From contig CAZNSM010000002.1 in NCBI GenBank assembly GCA_964575615.1, positions 5,862 through 69,861 of the forward strand: a stretch of DNA of 64,000 nt. The letters are read 5' to 3'. Position 1 is the first letter of the stretch. Every line of letters starts with the position of its first letter. The notes under the pieces are model-generated. The model was given only the letters and a program-made list of their open reading frames with translations, had not been told where the DNA came from and did not search any database. Below are positions 6,774 to 16,135 of the stretch, in pieces. The translations under genes were made by a program, and so were the position numbers. This DNA is from an uncultured Pirellulales bacterium (lineage in GTDB: Bacteria; Planctomycetota; Phycisphaerae; Sedimentisphaerales; Anaerobacaceae).

Positions 6774-8909
6774 TTACGCATGGGCATAGGCCGGTGCGGC
6801 CTTCTCCTGGGGCAGGATGGTTTCGATCGATTCGACCTCGGTGCCGAGCACGATCTCGTCATAGGCCACCACCGGCAGCATCGGCAGCGTCCGCGCCAGC
6901 ATCCGCGCCAGCGGGGCTCGCAGTCGCGCATCGCAGAGCAGCACGAGCTTCTCGCTGCCCTGATCCATTCCGGATCGCCACGCGTCGGCCATCTTTCGGT
7001 TCAGCTCCATGGCCAGATCGGCCGGAAGGTTCAGCGTCAGCTCGCCGCCTTCCTGGCTCAGACTGCCGGTCAACTGATGCTCGAAGGACGGATCGAACGT
7101 GATGGCCACGATCTTGCCGGCCGCGTTGCGGTATTGCTCGGTGATGGTCCGGCTCAGCGACTTGCGAACCACCTCGGTCAGCGTGTTGGCGTTCTTGGTC
7201 TTCGAGGCGTTCTCCGCCAGCGACTCGAGAATCGCCGTCAGTTCCCGCACGGGGATGCCGCCCTTGAGCAGGTTCTTCAGGACCCGCTGGAGCAGGGCGA
7301 TGGAGACGTCGCTGTCGGCGCCGACGATTTCTCCGACGAGCGACGGCTGGTTCTTGCGGAGACGGTCCACGAGCAGTTGCACGTCTTCGCGGGTCAGCAG
7401 CTCGTCGGCGTGTCTCTTGAGCGTCTCGGACAGATGGGTGATGAAGACCGACTCCGGATCGATGACGGTGTAGCCGTTCAGTTCGGCGGTTTCCTTCTTG
7501 CCGGCCGAGACCCAGATGGCGGGCAGTCCGTAAACCGGTTCGGTTGTCTTGATGCCCTCGACCTTTTCGCGGACGCCGCCGGGGTCCATGGCCAGGAACA
7601 TCTCCGGTTCGAGCCGGCCCTTGGCCACCGGGATCTCCGAGAGGCGGATCTCGTAGGCGTTCGGTTCGAGGTTCAGATCGTCGCGCAGGCGCACCAGGGG
7701 GATGACGATCCCCAGGTGCTGGGCGAACTGCCGGCGCAGGGCGCCGATCCGCTCGAAGATCGTGTTGCTCTTCCTGGGGTCCACCAGCGTGATCAGGCGC
7801 ACGCCGACGTGGACGGAGATCCGATCCATGTCCAGCAGCTCCTCGACCGGTTCCTTCTCGGTCTTCTTGGCGGGTGTTTCCGGCGCCGACAGCGGCTTCT
7901 TCTCGGCCCGGGAGGCGGTCCGCCCGACCAGAGCGACGGCGCCGCCCAGGAGCAGGAACTGGACCTTGGGCATGCCGGGAACGAAGGCCATCGCGCCGAT
8001 GATGCAGGCGGCCGCCAGAAGAGGCTGGCCGGCCTTGAGAAACTGCCTGGAGATGTCCTGGCCGACGCTGTGGCTGGAGGAGATCTTCGTGACAAGGAAG
8101 CCCGAGCTGACCGAGATGACCAGCGAGGGAATCTGGCTGACCAGACCGTCGCCGATCGAGAGGATCGAGTAGGTCTTGATGGCGTCGGTGATGCCCATGC
8201 CGTGGGAGTAGCCCATGGCGATGCCGCCGACGATGTTCACAGCGGTGATGACCAGGCCGGCCTTGGCGTCGCCGCGGATGAATTTGCTGGCTCCGTCCAT
8301 GGCCCCGTAGAATTCGCTCTCCTTGACGATCTTGGCGCGCCGCTCGTTGGCCTGGCTTTCGGTGATGACGCCGGCGTTGAGGTCGGCGTCGATGGCCATC
8401 TGCTTGCCGGGCATGGCGTCCAGGGTGAATCGCGCCGACACTTCGCTGATGCGCTCGGCGCCCTTGGTGATGACGATGAACTGGATGATGACGAGGATCA
8501 GGAAGATGACCATGCCGACGACGAAGCTGCCGCCGGCGACGAAGCCGCCGAAGGTCTGGATGATCTTGCCGGCGTCGCCCTGGAGCAGGATCAGACGCGT
8601 GGAGGCGACGTTGAGCGAGAGGCGAAACAGTGTGGTGAACAGCAGCAGGGAGGGGAAGGTGGACAGTTCGAGCGGCTCGGTGGACGAGAGCGTTACGATG
8701 AGCACGGCGATGGCCAGAGAAATGCTGCACGCCAGGAGCAGGTCGAGCACCGTGGTGGGCAGCGGGATGATCAGGGTGGCCAGGACGGCCACCAGTCCGA
8801 AGGCCATGATGATGTTGCTGTGGGCGGCCAGAGGGACATTCATCAGATCCCGATGTCCGGCGGGGTCGCCCGTGGCGGAATGCGGCGTTTTGGAGCGATC
8901 AGATGCCAT
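6774..8909 (-). CDS. flhA: Flagellar export gate protein FlhA (711 aa)
   Basis: FHIPEP-type N-terminal membrane domain ('FPSLLLFTTLFRLSLNVASTRLILLQGDAG') and the conserved cytoplasmic domain. Confidence 0.95.
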   Translation of the reverse strand: MASDRSKTPHSATGDPAGHRDLMNVPLAAHSNIIMAFGLVAVLATLIIPLPTTVLDLLLACSISLAIAVLIVTLSSTEPLELSTFPSLLLFTTLFRLSLNVASTRLILLQGDAGKIIQTFGGFVAGGSFVVGMVIFLILVIIQFIVITKGAERISEVSARFTLDAMPGKQMAIDADLNAGVITESQANERRAKIVKESEFYGAMDGASKFIRGDAKAGLVITAVNIVGGIAMGYSHGMGITDAIKTYSILSIGDGLVSQIPSLVISVSSGFLVTKISSSHSVGQDISRQFLKAGQPLLAAACIIGAMAFVPGMPKVQFLLLGGAVALVGRTASRAEKKPLSAPETPAKKTEKEPVEELLDMDRISVHVGVRLITLVDPRKSNTIFERIGALRRQFAQHLGIVIPLVRLRDDLNLEPNAYEIRLSEIPVAKGRLEPEMFLAMDPGGVREKVEGIKTTEPVYGLPAIWVSAGKKETAELNGYTVIDPESVFITHLSETLKRHADELLTREDVQLLVDRLRKNQPSLVGEIVGADSDVSIALLQRVLKNLLKGGIPVRELTAILESLAENASKTKNANTLTEVVRKSLSRTITEQYRNAAGKIVAITFDPSFEHQLTGSLSQEGGELTLNLPADLAMELNRKMADAWRSGMDQGSEKLVLLCDARLRAPLARMLARTLPMLPVVAYDEIVLGTEVESIETILPQEKAAPAYAHA

Positions 8910-8957
8910 AGAGAGAATTCAGTTCCTCTGGGTCCCGGTGTCTTTTCTGCCGTCCGG

Positions 8958-9341
8958 TCAGCTTGCCGCGGCGGCGGTGCCGGTGATCGTCTTGATCCGC
9001 ACGGCGAACCGATTGTCCACCACGACCACCTCGGCCTCGGCGAACTTCGAATCCTTCAGGTACAGATCGACCGGCGCGTCGATGGACTTCTCGAGCTGGA
9101 TCACCGCGCCCGGTCCGAGCTGGAGCAGGCGCCGGACGGGAACCTGCGTGGTGCCCAACGCCACAGTCACGGGCACGTCCATGTCCAGCAGGATGTCGAG
9201 TTGCCCGCCGGAAGCGGTGGCCTGTCCCTCCGGGGCTTCGGGAAACTCCACCGGCTGGGCCTGCGTCTTTCCGTCGGTCGGGATCTGTCCCGGTGCTTGT
9301 TGGGACTCGTTCTGGATTTCTGCTTCGGCCGTTTCAGGCAT
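8958..9341 (-). CDS. fliN: Flagellar motor switch protein FliN (127 aa)
   Basis: C-terminal SpoA/FliN domain: 'LDMDVPVTVALGTTQVPVRRLLQLGPGAVIQLEKSIDAPVDLYLKDSKFAEAEVVVVDNRFAVRI'. Confidence 0.9.
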   Translation of the reverse strand: MPETAEAEIQNESQQAPGQIPTDGKTQAQPVEFPEAPEGQATASGGQLDILLDMDVPVTVALGTTQVPVRRLLQLGPGAVIQLEKSIDAPVDLYLKDSKFAEAEVVVVDNRFAVRIKTITGTAAAAS

Positions 9342-9357
9342 AGCCGCATTTCCTTTC

Positions 9358-10359
9358 TTACGCTTGCTTGGCGTTGCGACCCCGGGGCGCGTCGGGATGG
9401 GAGTCCGCGGCGCGTTCGGTAATCAACACCGCATACTGCCCGTCCTTCTGGGCGGGGCGGCCGCGGAAGACGGTTTCGTTGCGGAGGATCAGGTCGACCG
9501 GCTCGTCCAGGCCCTTGTCGAGCAGAAGGACGTCGCCGGGCGCCAGATCGAGGACCTCCTCGAACGACAAACGCATCGAGGCCAGCCGGGCACACATCGT
9601 CACGGGCATCCGGTGCACGTGCTCCATGAGCAGACGCGACAGTTCATCCTGTTTGACGTTCGGCTTGGCCGGGATAGACTTGCCCAGGACCGGGGCCAGC
9701 GTCGGGCCGCCCACCATGAAGGTCACCTCGGAAGCGGTCTCGGCCTCGGCTCTTCGGATCCGAAAGACGATCCGGCAGATCGGGTCGGTGGGTTCGAAAG
9801 ACACCGGGGCCGCCTCGCGGCTCACCTGGCTTGCCGCTTTGAGGTCCTGATGCGGGCGAAGCGAATCGAGAAACGCTTCGGTGATCGCGCCGGCCAGATC
9901 CGAAAGAAGGGACTCCTCCAGCGAAGAGAGAGGCCGATTCGGGTCCTGGTCGGATTCGGAATCGCCCAGCAGACGCGTGACCCAGTCCAGAGCCACGGCG
10001 GCGCCGATCGCCAGGAACCCGCAAGGCGGCTTCTGGGCCGGGCCGAACGTCAGGGCGAAGCTCTGCTCGACCTTCGCGTGACGAGCCGCATCCGCGGCGA
10101 AGTGCTGGGTGATCGACGCGGGGACGACCTCGAACTCGCTGTTGAAGAAATGGACGCATCGTTCGGACAGCACCGCGGCGACCTGGCTCATGATGGCGGC
10201 CAGACGGTTGCGCTGGTCCTCATCGAAGTAATGAGGGTCCCGCCAGTCGTAGAGCGCTGCTTCGGCGGTCACCTCCGCCGGAACAGGGGTCGAGCCGACC
10301 GCCGCCAGCAGGCGGTGCAGCCGCACGCGATTCAGATGGACGCCGGACGAAGCGGTCAT
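9358..10359 (-). CDS. fliM: Flagellar motor switch protein FliM (about 333 aa)
   Basis: The FliM middle domain and the C-terminal FliN-like domain ('LAPGDVLLLDKGLDEPVDLILRNETVFRGRP') are present. The ATG at 10359 forms an ATGA overlap with the fliL stop. The 160-aa upstream extension in the track is Arg-rich junk overlapping fliL. Confidence 0.85.
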   Translation of the reverse strand: MTASSGVHLNRVRLHRLLAAVGSTPVPAEVTAEAALYDWRDPHYFDEDQRNRLAAIMSQVAAVLSERCVHFFNSEFEVVPASITQHFAADAARHAKVEQSFALTFGPAQKPPCGFLAIGAAVALDWVTRLLGDSESDQDPNRPLSSLEESLLSDLAGAITEAFLDSLRPHQDLKAASQVSREAAPVSFEPTDPICRIVFRIRRAEAETASEVTFMVGGPTLAPVLGKSIPAKPNVKQDELSRLLMEHVHRMPVTMCARLASMRLSFEEVLDLAPGDVLLLDKGLDEPVDLILRNETVFRGRPAQKDGQYAVLITERAADSHPDAPRGRNAKQA

Positions 10360-10925
10360 TGGATCGACAACTCCTTGAACAGGACGCGCTTGATGCACGG
10401 CGGGGCGTTGGGAAACAGTCCCTGGTTGAAGGTGTCGGCAATCTGGCTCTGCACGCTGCGCAGGTTGCGCTCGCCTCGAATGTCCTCCAGCGTCAGGTTG
10501 GCCACGAACAACGTCAGCCAGTTCTTCAAGAGGGGCTTGCGCTGCTCGAGGAAGGGGGTCCCGTCCTTTTCGGACAGCTTGTCTCCGACTTCGAGCGTCA
10601 AGGTGATCCGCACGTAGCGTGTCACGCCGGGCTCGTTGAGATTGGCGACGACGGGTTCCAGGTCGTAGTACCAGCTCGAACCGGTGGCGGCCGCGTTGAC
10701 CGGCGGCAATACCGGGGCCGTTGCCGTCGGCGCCTCGGAGGCCGCTGCGTTCTGGGCTTGGCCCCGCGTCCCGAAGAGCCGTCCGACGACGAAGCCGCCG
10801 CCGGCGCAGAGCGCGACCGTGACCACCGGGATCAGGCACGGCATCAGCTTCGAGGACTTGCCCTTCTTGTCCTGGGCCTCTGACTCGGAAGCCTTCTCAT
10901 TCTTCTTCTTTTCGGGTTCAGCCAT
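10356..10925 (-). CDS. fliL: Flagellar basal-body-associated protein FliL (about 189 aa)
   Basis: Single TM segment followed by the FliL-type periplasmic domain ('YYDLEPVVANLNEPGVTRYVRITLTLEV...LRSVQSQIADTFN'). The ATG at 10925 has an AGGAAGGA RBS. Confidence 0.8.
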   Translation of the reverse strand: MAEPEKKKNEKASESEAQDKKGKSSKLMPCLIPVVTVALCAGGGFVVGRLFGTRGQAQNAAASEAPTATAPVLPPVNAAATGSSWYYDLEPVVANLNEPGVTRYVRITLTLEVGDKLSEKDGTPFLEQRKPLLKNWLTLFVANLTLEDIRGERNLRSVQSQIADTFNQGLFPNAPPCIKRVLFKELSIQ

Positions 10926-10969
10926 GGGTGGCAAATCCTTCCTTGCGTTCGAGCCCTGTCCCGAGATGT

Positions 10970-12502
10970 TCAGGAGACCGGCTGGAGACATTCCTGCTGA
11001 CGGTAACGCCGCATCTTCTCACGGAGCGTGCGATCGCTGATTCCGAGGACCTTGGCGGCTTTCGTCTGGTTGCCGGAGGTCTGGCGGAGGGTTTCGAGGA
11101 TCGCCTGACGTTCGAGATCGGCCAGGGGGATTCCGCCGACGCCGGCGGCGGTGTCGGCAGCCGGATCGGCGGTCACGCCGGCGTTGGCGACTGTGCGGTG
11201 CGGCCGGTCGCACTGGGGCAGAGGCTGAAGCTCGTCGAACAACCACGAAACGTCGGCCAGCGACAGGGTCGGCCCGGTCCCCAGAATCAGACTGGTCAGT
11301 ACCACATTGCGGAGCTGGCGGATGTTGCCGGGCCAGGGGTACTCCGCAAAGATCTCCATCATCGCCGGGTCCAGGCGGGCGATGCGCCGCTGCGCTTCAC
11401 GGGCATACAGATTGACGAAGTGCCAGACCAGTTCGGTCAGGTCCTCGCGTCGCTCCCGCAAGGGCGGGACCACAATCCGTGCGGCGCTGAGCCGATAGTA
11501 GAGGTCCGGGCGGAAACGCCCCATCTGCACCTCGCCCAGCAGGTCGCGATTGGTCGTGCTGATGAGGCGGACGTTGATCTTGATGTTCTCGCTGCCTCCG
11601 ACCCGCTCGAATTCCTGCTGCTCGAGGATGCGCAGCAGCTTGGCCTGAAACTGAGGCGGCGTCTCGGTGATCTCATCGAGCAGCAGCGTGCCACCGTGGG
11701 CCCTTTCGAAGCGGCCCTTGCGTTGGGTGTACGCTCCCGTGAAGGCGCCTTTCTCGTGTCCGAACAGCTCGCTTTCGAGCAGCGTGTCACTGAGGGCGGC
11801 GCAGTTGACGTGGACGAACGGTCCCAGGGCCCGCTTGCTGTTGTGATGGATCAGCATGCTGATCAGCTCTTTGCCGGTACCGCTCTCGCCGTTGATGAGG
11901 ACGGGCACGGAAGTCGGCGCGATGCGTTCGGCCAGCGTGACGGTCTGCACGAGCCGGGCGCTGCGTCCGACGATCTGATAGAGGCAGCGGTCCCCTTCGC
12001 AGGCCGACGCGGCGGTGGCGACGCGCCGGTTGGGCAGCATGGTTTCGAGAACACCTTCGATCGTCTGTTGCGACAGAGGCTTGAGCAGGAAATCGCGACA
12101 GCCGGCCTGGATGGCCCGGACCGCGGTCTGCGTTCCGAGGCGCAGCAGGTGATGGCCGTCGGCCGGACGATTCCCGGCGCCGGACGGTTCCTGCGGTCCG
12201 GCGAGCATGACGATCGGCATCTCCGGCGCGGCGGCGCGAATAGTCGCCAGCAGTTCGAAGCCGTCCAACCGGTTGGGGGCGTATCCCAGAGACGTGCTGA
12301 GAAAGACCAGGTCGCAGCGGTTCTTGTCGAGCGCGGCCAGGGCGGCTTTGGCGTTGCCGGCCAGTTGCGCGCGGACGCCCTTGCGGGCGAGAGTCGCGAG
12401 CATGAGTCTTGCCGTCTCCGGCTCGTCCTCGACGATCAGCACGTTGACGCTGTCGTACTGGGCCGGGGTCCTGCGGTTGCTTTCGATGTCGATGTCACTC
12501 AC
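10970..12502 (-). CDS. Sigma-54-dependent enhancer-binding protein with pseudo-receiver domain (510 aa)
   Basis: REC-like N-terminus. AAA+ domain with Walker A 'GESGTGKE' and the sigma-54 contact loop 'GAFTGA'. C-terminal Fis-type HTH 'NQTKAAKVLGISDRTLREKMRRY'. GTG start with an AGGAG RBS. Confidence 0.9.
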   Translation of the reverse strand: MSDIDIESNRRTPAQYDSVNVLIVEDEPETARLMLATLARKGVRAQLAGNAKAALAALDKNRCDLVFLSTSLGYAPNRLDGFELLATIRAAAPEMPIVMLAGPQEPSGAGNRPADGHHLLRLGTQTAVRAIQAGCRDFLLKPLSQQTIEGVLETMLPNRRVATAASACEGDRCLYQIVGRSARLVQTVTLAERIAPTSVPVLINGESGTGKELISMLIHHNSKRALGPFVHVNCAALSDTLLESELFGHEKGAFTGAYTQRKGRFERAHGGTLLLDEITETPPQFQAKLLRILEQQEFERVGGSENIKINVRLISTTNRDLLGEVQMGRFRPDLYYRLSAARIVVPPLRERREDLTELVWHFVNLYAREAQRRIARLDPAMMEIFAEYPWPGNIRQLRNVVLTSLILGTGPTLSLADVSWLFDELQPLPQCDRPHRTVANAGVTADPAADTAAGVGGIPLADLERQAILETLRQTSGNQTKAAKVLGISDRTLREKMRRYRQQECLQPVS

Positions 12503-12538
12503 TCTGGGAGTCTCCTGTCAGCGCGTAGAATGCATCCA

Positions 12539-13483
12539 TCATTCGGGTTTCCCCGGCATGAGCTGTTGCGGCTTGGCGCTCTGGTACCAGGTGATCAATC
12601 GGCCGTGCGCCTTGGCCAATTCCGTCCAGGCCGAACCCGGATGCTCCGACACGAGCTTCATGTACAGGTCCTTGGCGCGGGCCATGTCGGTCTCGCGCAG
12701 GCAGTTGGCCAACTGGAACAGGATCCAGGCCCGGTCGTCCTGTTTCGACGAGTCGTGGGGTGCGATCCGAGCCAGCGCCCGCTCGTAGAAGACGGCGGCC
12801 TCGGGTCGGTGTCCGCTGAGGAACAGCAGTTCCGCCATCTCGAGCGGATCGCCGATCTGGTTGGGGTCCTGCAACACGTCTTCGAGTTTCTTCATGGTCT
12901 TGGGCGCCAGCGCGTTGGGCGGTTCGGACAGCTTTGAAGGAACGGCGACGGGCTCGGCCGGCGGTGTCTGCGGCGTCGGTGCGGCGCTGATGGCCGGCGT
13001 CAGATTGGTCGGGACCGCCGGCTCCGCGGGCGCCGAGAATGCCGGCTCCAGGGAGCTGTCTTCGAATCGCACGGTGCGAATGCGGCGGATCAGGTCGTCC
13101 AGGGCGGCCCGCGTCTCGGCGTCCTCGTTCGGATCGGGGGCCGCCATGCGACTCTCCCAGAGGCGGCGCGTCAGGCCGGTGCTCCAGGGGAGATTGGCGT
13201 CGGCCTCCTCGTTTCGCGTCGTCGTGCGGCTCAGAAGACCGGTCACCGCGTAATCGGCGTCCGGCGAGGAGTACTCCGGAGTCACGTTGTTCTCCGGCGT
13301 GGTCTGCCGGTTGGTGTTTTGCCGGGCCGGCGCTTTCGCCGGGCGGCGGTTCGCCGGCGGCTTTGGCATTGCCTGTCCCCAGATCGGGTCCAGCGGCAAT
13401 CCCACGACCAGACAGAGGATCGCTGCGGCCAACGTGCCGGTCCGCCATCCGCCATCGAGAGGCACGTGTCGGTCTGTGGTCAT
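12539..13483 (-). CDS. Membrane-anchored Pro-rich/TPR-like protein (about 314 aa)
   Basis: The ATG at 13483 forms an ATGA overlap with the upstream stop. One TM segment ('GTLAAAILCLVVGL'), a Pro-rich linker and a helical-repeat C-terminus. The 247-aa track extension upstream is Arg-rich and overlaps the previous gene. Confidence 0.7.
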   Translation of the reverse strand: MTTDRHVPLDGGWRTGTLAAAILCLVVGLPLDPIWGQAMPKPPANRRPAKAPARQNTNRQTTPENNVTPEYSSPDADYAVTGLLSRTTTRNEEADANLPWSTGLTRRLWESRMAAPDPNEDAETRAALDDLIRRIRTVRFEDSSLEPAFSAPAEPAVPTNLTPAISAAPTPQTPPAEPVAVPSKLSEPPNALAPKTMKKLEDVLQDPNQIGDPLEMAELLFLSGHRPEAAVFYERALARIAPHDSSKQDDRAWILFQLANCLRETDMARAKDLYMKLVSEHPGSAWTELAKAHGRLITWYQSAKPQQLMPGKPE

Positions 13484-16050
13484 ATTCCCACCCCCGGATT
13501 GGGCAGCGCGCCGCCGGAACTCGAAGAAGCCGTCGGGGCCTCCAGCAGCACCGAGACCGCCCGGTCGTATTGTTCTTGCTGACGGTATGCCTCCGCCAGC
13601 AGCGTCTGTATCTGTCTCTTCTCTGCGGAATCGTCCGTGTGTTCGAGCAACTGCAAGCAGACCGAGATCGCCTGGCTGCTCTGGCCCACGCGAAGGCAAA
13701 TGCGCGCCAGCTCGCAGCCGATCTGCTGGGCCAGCGGCCCGGGCTCGACCAGGGTGAGCGTTTCGCTCAGCGTCTTGCGGGCCCGCTCCAGATCGCCGGC
13801 GTCGACGCAACAGCCCGCCAGCTCCAGCGCCACCCTGCCTCGAAGCTCGGAGCTGGGAAGGAACTGCCCTTTCTCTCCGAGGATCGCGATCGCCTTGTTC
13901 TGGAGGCCGATGGACCGCAGAATCCTTGCGCGAATCAGCAGCAGCTCGATGGCCTCCTGCTGCGACAGTTGCCAGGCGTTGGCGCCCTCGAGCGTATTCA
14001 AGGCCTCGACGTAGAGTCCCTGCTGCATGTAGGCGCGAACCAGGGCGACGACGGTATCGACGTGCTGCTGCTGCGACAGATCGCCCTTGAGCGCGAGGTT
14101 CAGCACGGCGTGGGCCTCCTGCGGTCTTTCGAGCGCCAGATAGGTCTTGCCGAGGAGCAGACAAGCGGCGTGGAACTCCCGACGGTTCTGGTTCTGGGCC
14201 AGCGTGACATAGCGGCTCAGCCATGTGGCCGCGTCTTCATACCGCTCGGTCTCGTAGAAGCCGCGTCCGGCCCCCAGCGCCGATTCCGTCTGCGTGTCGC
14301 GCGACAGGCCCATGTTGTACACCTTGCGGTACAGATTCGTCGCCTCCTCGTACAGCCCGGCCTTCAGGGTTGCATCGGCCAGATACAGGCAGGCGCGGTC
14401 CGCCAGATCGGTCTCGGGATAGAGGTCCACCAGTTGCTTCAGGTCGCCCTGGGCGCCCGCGTAGTCGCGCAGCGCCACCTTGAGCCGGCCCGAACACAGC
14501 AGGGCGTGAGGCGCCAGGGCGTCCTTCGGGAATCGATTGGCGATCAGCCTGTATTCGGCGATCGCCTCGTTGGTCCGATCGCGTGCGGCGTAGAGCAGCC
14601 CCAGGGCGAAATGGCTGCTGGAGACCCGGGTGTCGTCTTCGGCGGTCAGGAGGAACCGCTGCCAGAGCGAGACGGACTCCTCGGCGAGCAGTTCGGTGTG
14701 TTCCGCCAGAGAGATATAAGAGGATGGATCGACGATGCGGACACTGCCCTTCGTATCCATCCGGGCGAGCAAACCGACGCTGCCGGCCGCAATCGTCATC
14801 ACCTGCTGCGTCGTCGCGGATCGCAGATAGAGGTAGGCCGGCCGCCGGCGGAGCGTCTCCTCCTCCAGAGCCACGCGGCTGCTCTCCGGCCACTGGATGT
14901 TGTAGCCCGTGTTCGTGGCGAACCGGGACAGCAGTTCCTCGATCGGGGCGCCGTTGCAGATCACCGACCAATGGCCTTTTTCCCCGGTCGGTCGGATCTG
15001 CGGCCCCAGCAGCGCTTCGTCGAGTTTCTCGGACCCCGAGGTCAGGAAGACCTTCAGTTGGGCTTCGTCGAGGTTGACGAAGGGGTCGATGTCCGGGTGC
15101 CGCATCCACAGCTCCGCCGGCAGGTCGCCGTCGGCGTCGCGCAGGGACAGCAGGCTTCGCGTCAACGCCTCGGAGATCAGGAAGGAGCATTGGCGCTGGA
15201 CCGCCCGCACCCATTTCTGGTCGTAGTCCACCACCTCGACCAGCGCGATGGTCTGATACGCTCGCGTGGCCGCCTCCAGGTAGCGCTCGCGTTCCATCAG
15301 CGTCGTGCTCTGATGGTATCGCGCCAGGGCGCGAAGCATGGGGAAACGGCTGAGCGAGACGGTTCGGAGCATGTTGTCGGCTTGCTGCGCGTTGCCGGCG
15401 TTGCGGCTGCACAAGGCCATGCGAAGCAGCAGGAAGTCCCGCAGCGGTTGCTGCTCCTCGGTGGGAGGAAGACGCCGGTAGAGTTTGTCGTACGTCGCCA
15501 GGGCGCTCTCATAGTCGGCGCCCAGATAGAGCTTGTTGGCGATCTGCAGGGACAACGGTTCGACCGTCGGCAGGTTGATCTCCGCCCTTGGAGGAATCGC
15601 GGCCGGTTCGGGCGCCGGTGGGTTCGGTTCACGGGACTGGAGCGGCGACTGCGCCGGCGGGTCCGTGTAGGACGGCTGAAACGACGTGTACTGGTTCTGC
15701 GCCGCATCCGGCTGGACAGGAACCTGCTCCTGTGACGCCGACGGCACGATCCGGAGCACCGCATAGGTCACCAGCGCCGCAACGAAGACGATTCCGGCGA
15801 ACAGCCCTTTCTGCACGTTGGTGAATCGTGGACGAGGCAGACGCAGCGCCGTCGTCAGCGGGCTTTCCAGGGGATCGCCAAACTCGGAGGGCCCGGCCTC
15901 TGAGGCGAGGTCGAGGAAGGAGGCGAAGATGTCGCCGTACTCCGGCTGGTTGACCGGGGTCGCGAAAAGCTCCTCGTGGAGCGGTCCGGATGGACCATCA
16001 GATGCCTGCGTCTTCTTCTTGCGATTGAGTTGTGGCCGTTTCATCGGCAT
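13480..16050 (-). CDS. Large membrane-anchored TPR-repeat protein (about 856 aa)
   Basis: One TM segment ('GLFAGIVFVAALVTYAVL') followed by many TPR-like 34-aa repeats. The start at 'MPMKRPQLNRKKK' (16050 or 16044) is preferred because a sigma-54 promoter lies at 16136-16150, inside the longer track ORF. Confidence 0.8.
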   Translation of the reverse strand: MPMKRPQLNRKKKTQASDGPSGPLHEELFATPVNQPEYGDIFASFLDLASEAGPSEFGDPLESPLTTALRLPRPRFTNVQKGLFAGIVFVAALVTYAVLRIVPSASQEQVPVQPDAAQNQYTSFQPSYTDPPAQSPLQSREPNPPAPEPAAIPPRAEINLPTVEPLSLQIANKLYLGADYESALATYDKLYRRLPPTEEQQPLRDFLLLRMALCSRNAGNAQQADNMLRTVSLSRFPMLRALARYHQSTTLMERERYLEAATRAYQTIALVEVVDYDQKWVRAVQRQCSFLISEALTRSLLSLRDADGDLPAELWMRHPDIDPFVNLDEAQLKVFLTSGSEKLDEALLGPQIRPTGEKGHWSVICNGAPIEELLSRFATNTGYNIQWPESSRVALEEETLRRRPAYLYLRSATTQQVMTIAAGSVGLLARMDTKGSVRIVDPSSYISLAEHTELLAEESVSLWQRFLLTAEDDTRVSSSHFALGLLYAARDRTNEAIAEYRLIANRFPKDALAPHALLCSGRLKVALRDYAGAQGDLKQLVDLYPETDLADRACLYLADATLKAGLYEEATNLYRKVYNMGLSRDTQTESALGAGRGFYETERYEDAATWLSRYVTLAQNQNRREFHAACLLLGKTYLALERPQEAHAVLNLALKGDLSQQQHVDTVVALVRAYMQQGLYVEALNTLEGANAWQLSQQEAIELLLIRARILRSIGLQNKAIAILGEKGQFLPSSELRGRVALELAGCCVDAGDLERARKTLSETLTLVEPGPLAQQIGCELARICLRVGQSSQAISVCLQLLEHTDDSAEKRQIQTLLAEAYRQQEQYDRAVSVLLEAPTASSSSGGALPNPGVGI

Positions 16051-16135
16051 AGCGTTCAGCTCTCTCAGTGCGGGCGACGCTCCGAACCGTTTTCGGCGTT
16101 CGCAGAGCATGGCCCACGACCCTATCGAGACCATA

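Noticed and set aside
6495-9422. 975-aa plus-strand ORF spanning flhA and fliN
   Set aside because: It is antisense to clearly recognisable flhA and fliN. The translation is Arg/Gly/Asp/His low-complexity sequence with no motifs, a typical high-GC shadow ORF.
9358-10839. Long N-terminal extensions suggested by the ORF track: FliM 493 aa, 12539-14224 (561 aa), 36436-39441 (1001 aa), 59695-61047 (450 aa), 62352-63722 (456 aa) and 26921-29236 (771 aa)
   Set aside because: In each case the upstream part is Arg/Pro/Gly-rich and overlaps the preceding real gene in another frame. A downstream ATG or GTG with an RBS, or with an ATGA-type coupling, gives the conserved protein N-terminus.
10928-12937. 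669-aa plus-strand ORF. The 536-aa ORF at 16386-17996 is similar.
   Set aside because: Both are antisense to the two sigma-54 activator genes, which have unmistakable Walker A, GAFTGA and HTH motifs.
13039-15735. 898-aa plus-strand ORF
   Set aside because: It is antisense to the TPR protein genes and is Arg/Gly/Pro-rich with no domain signatures.
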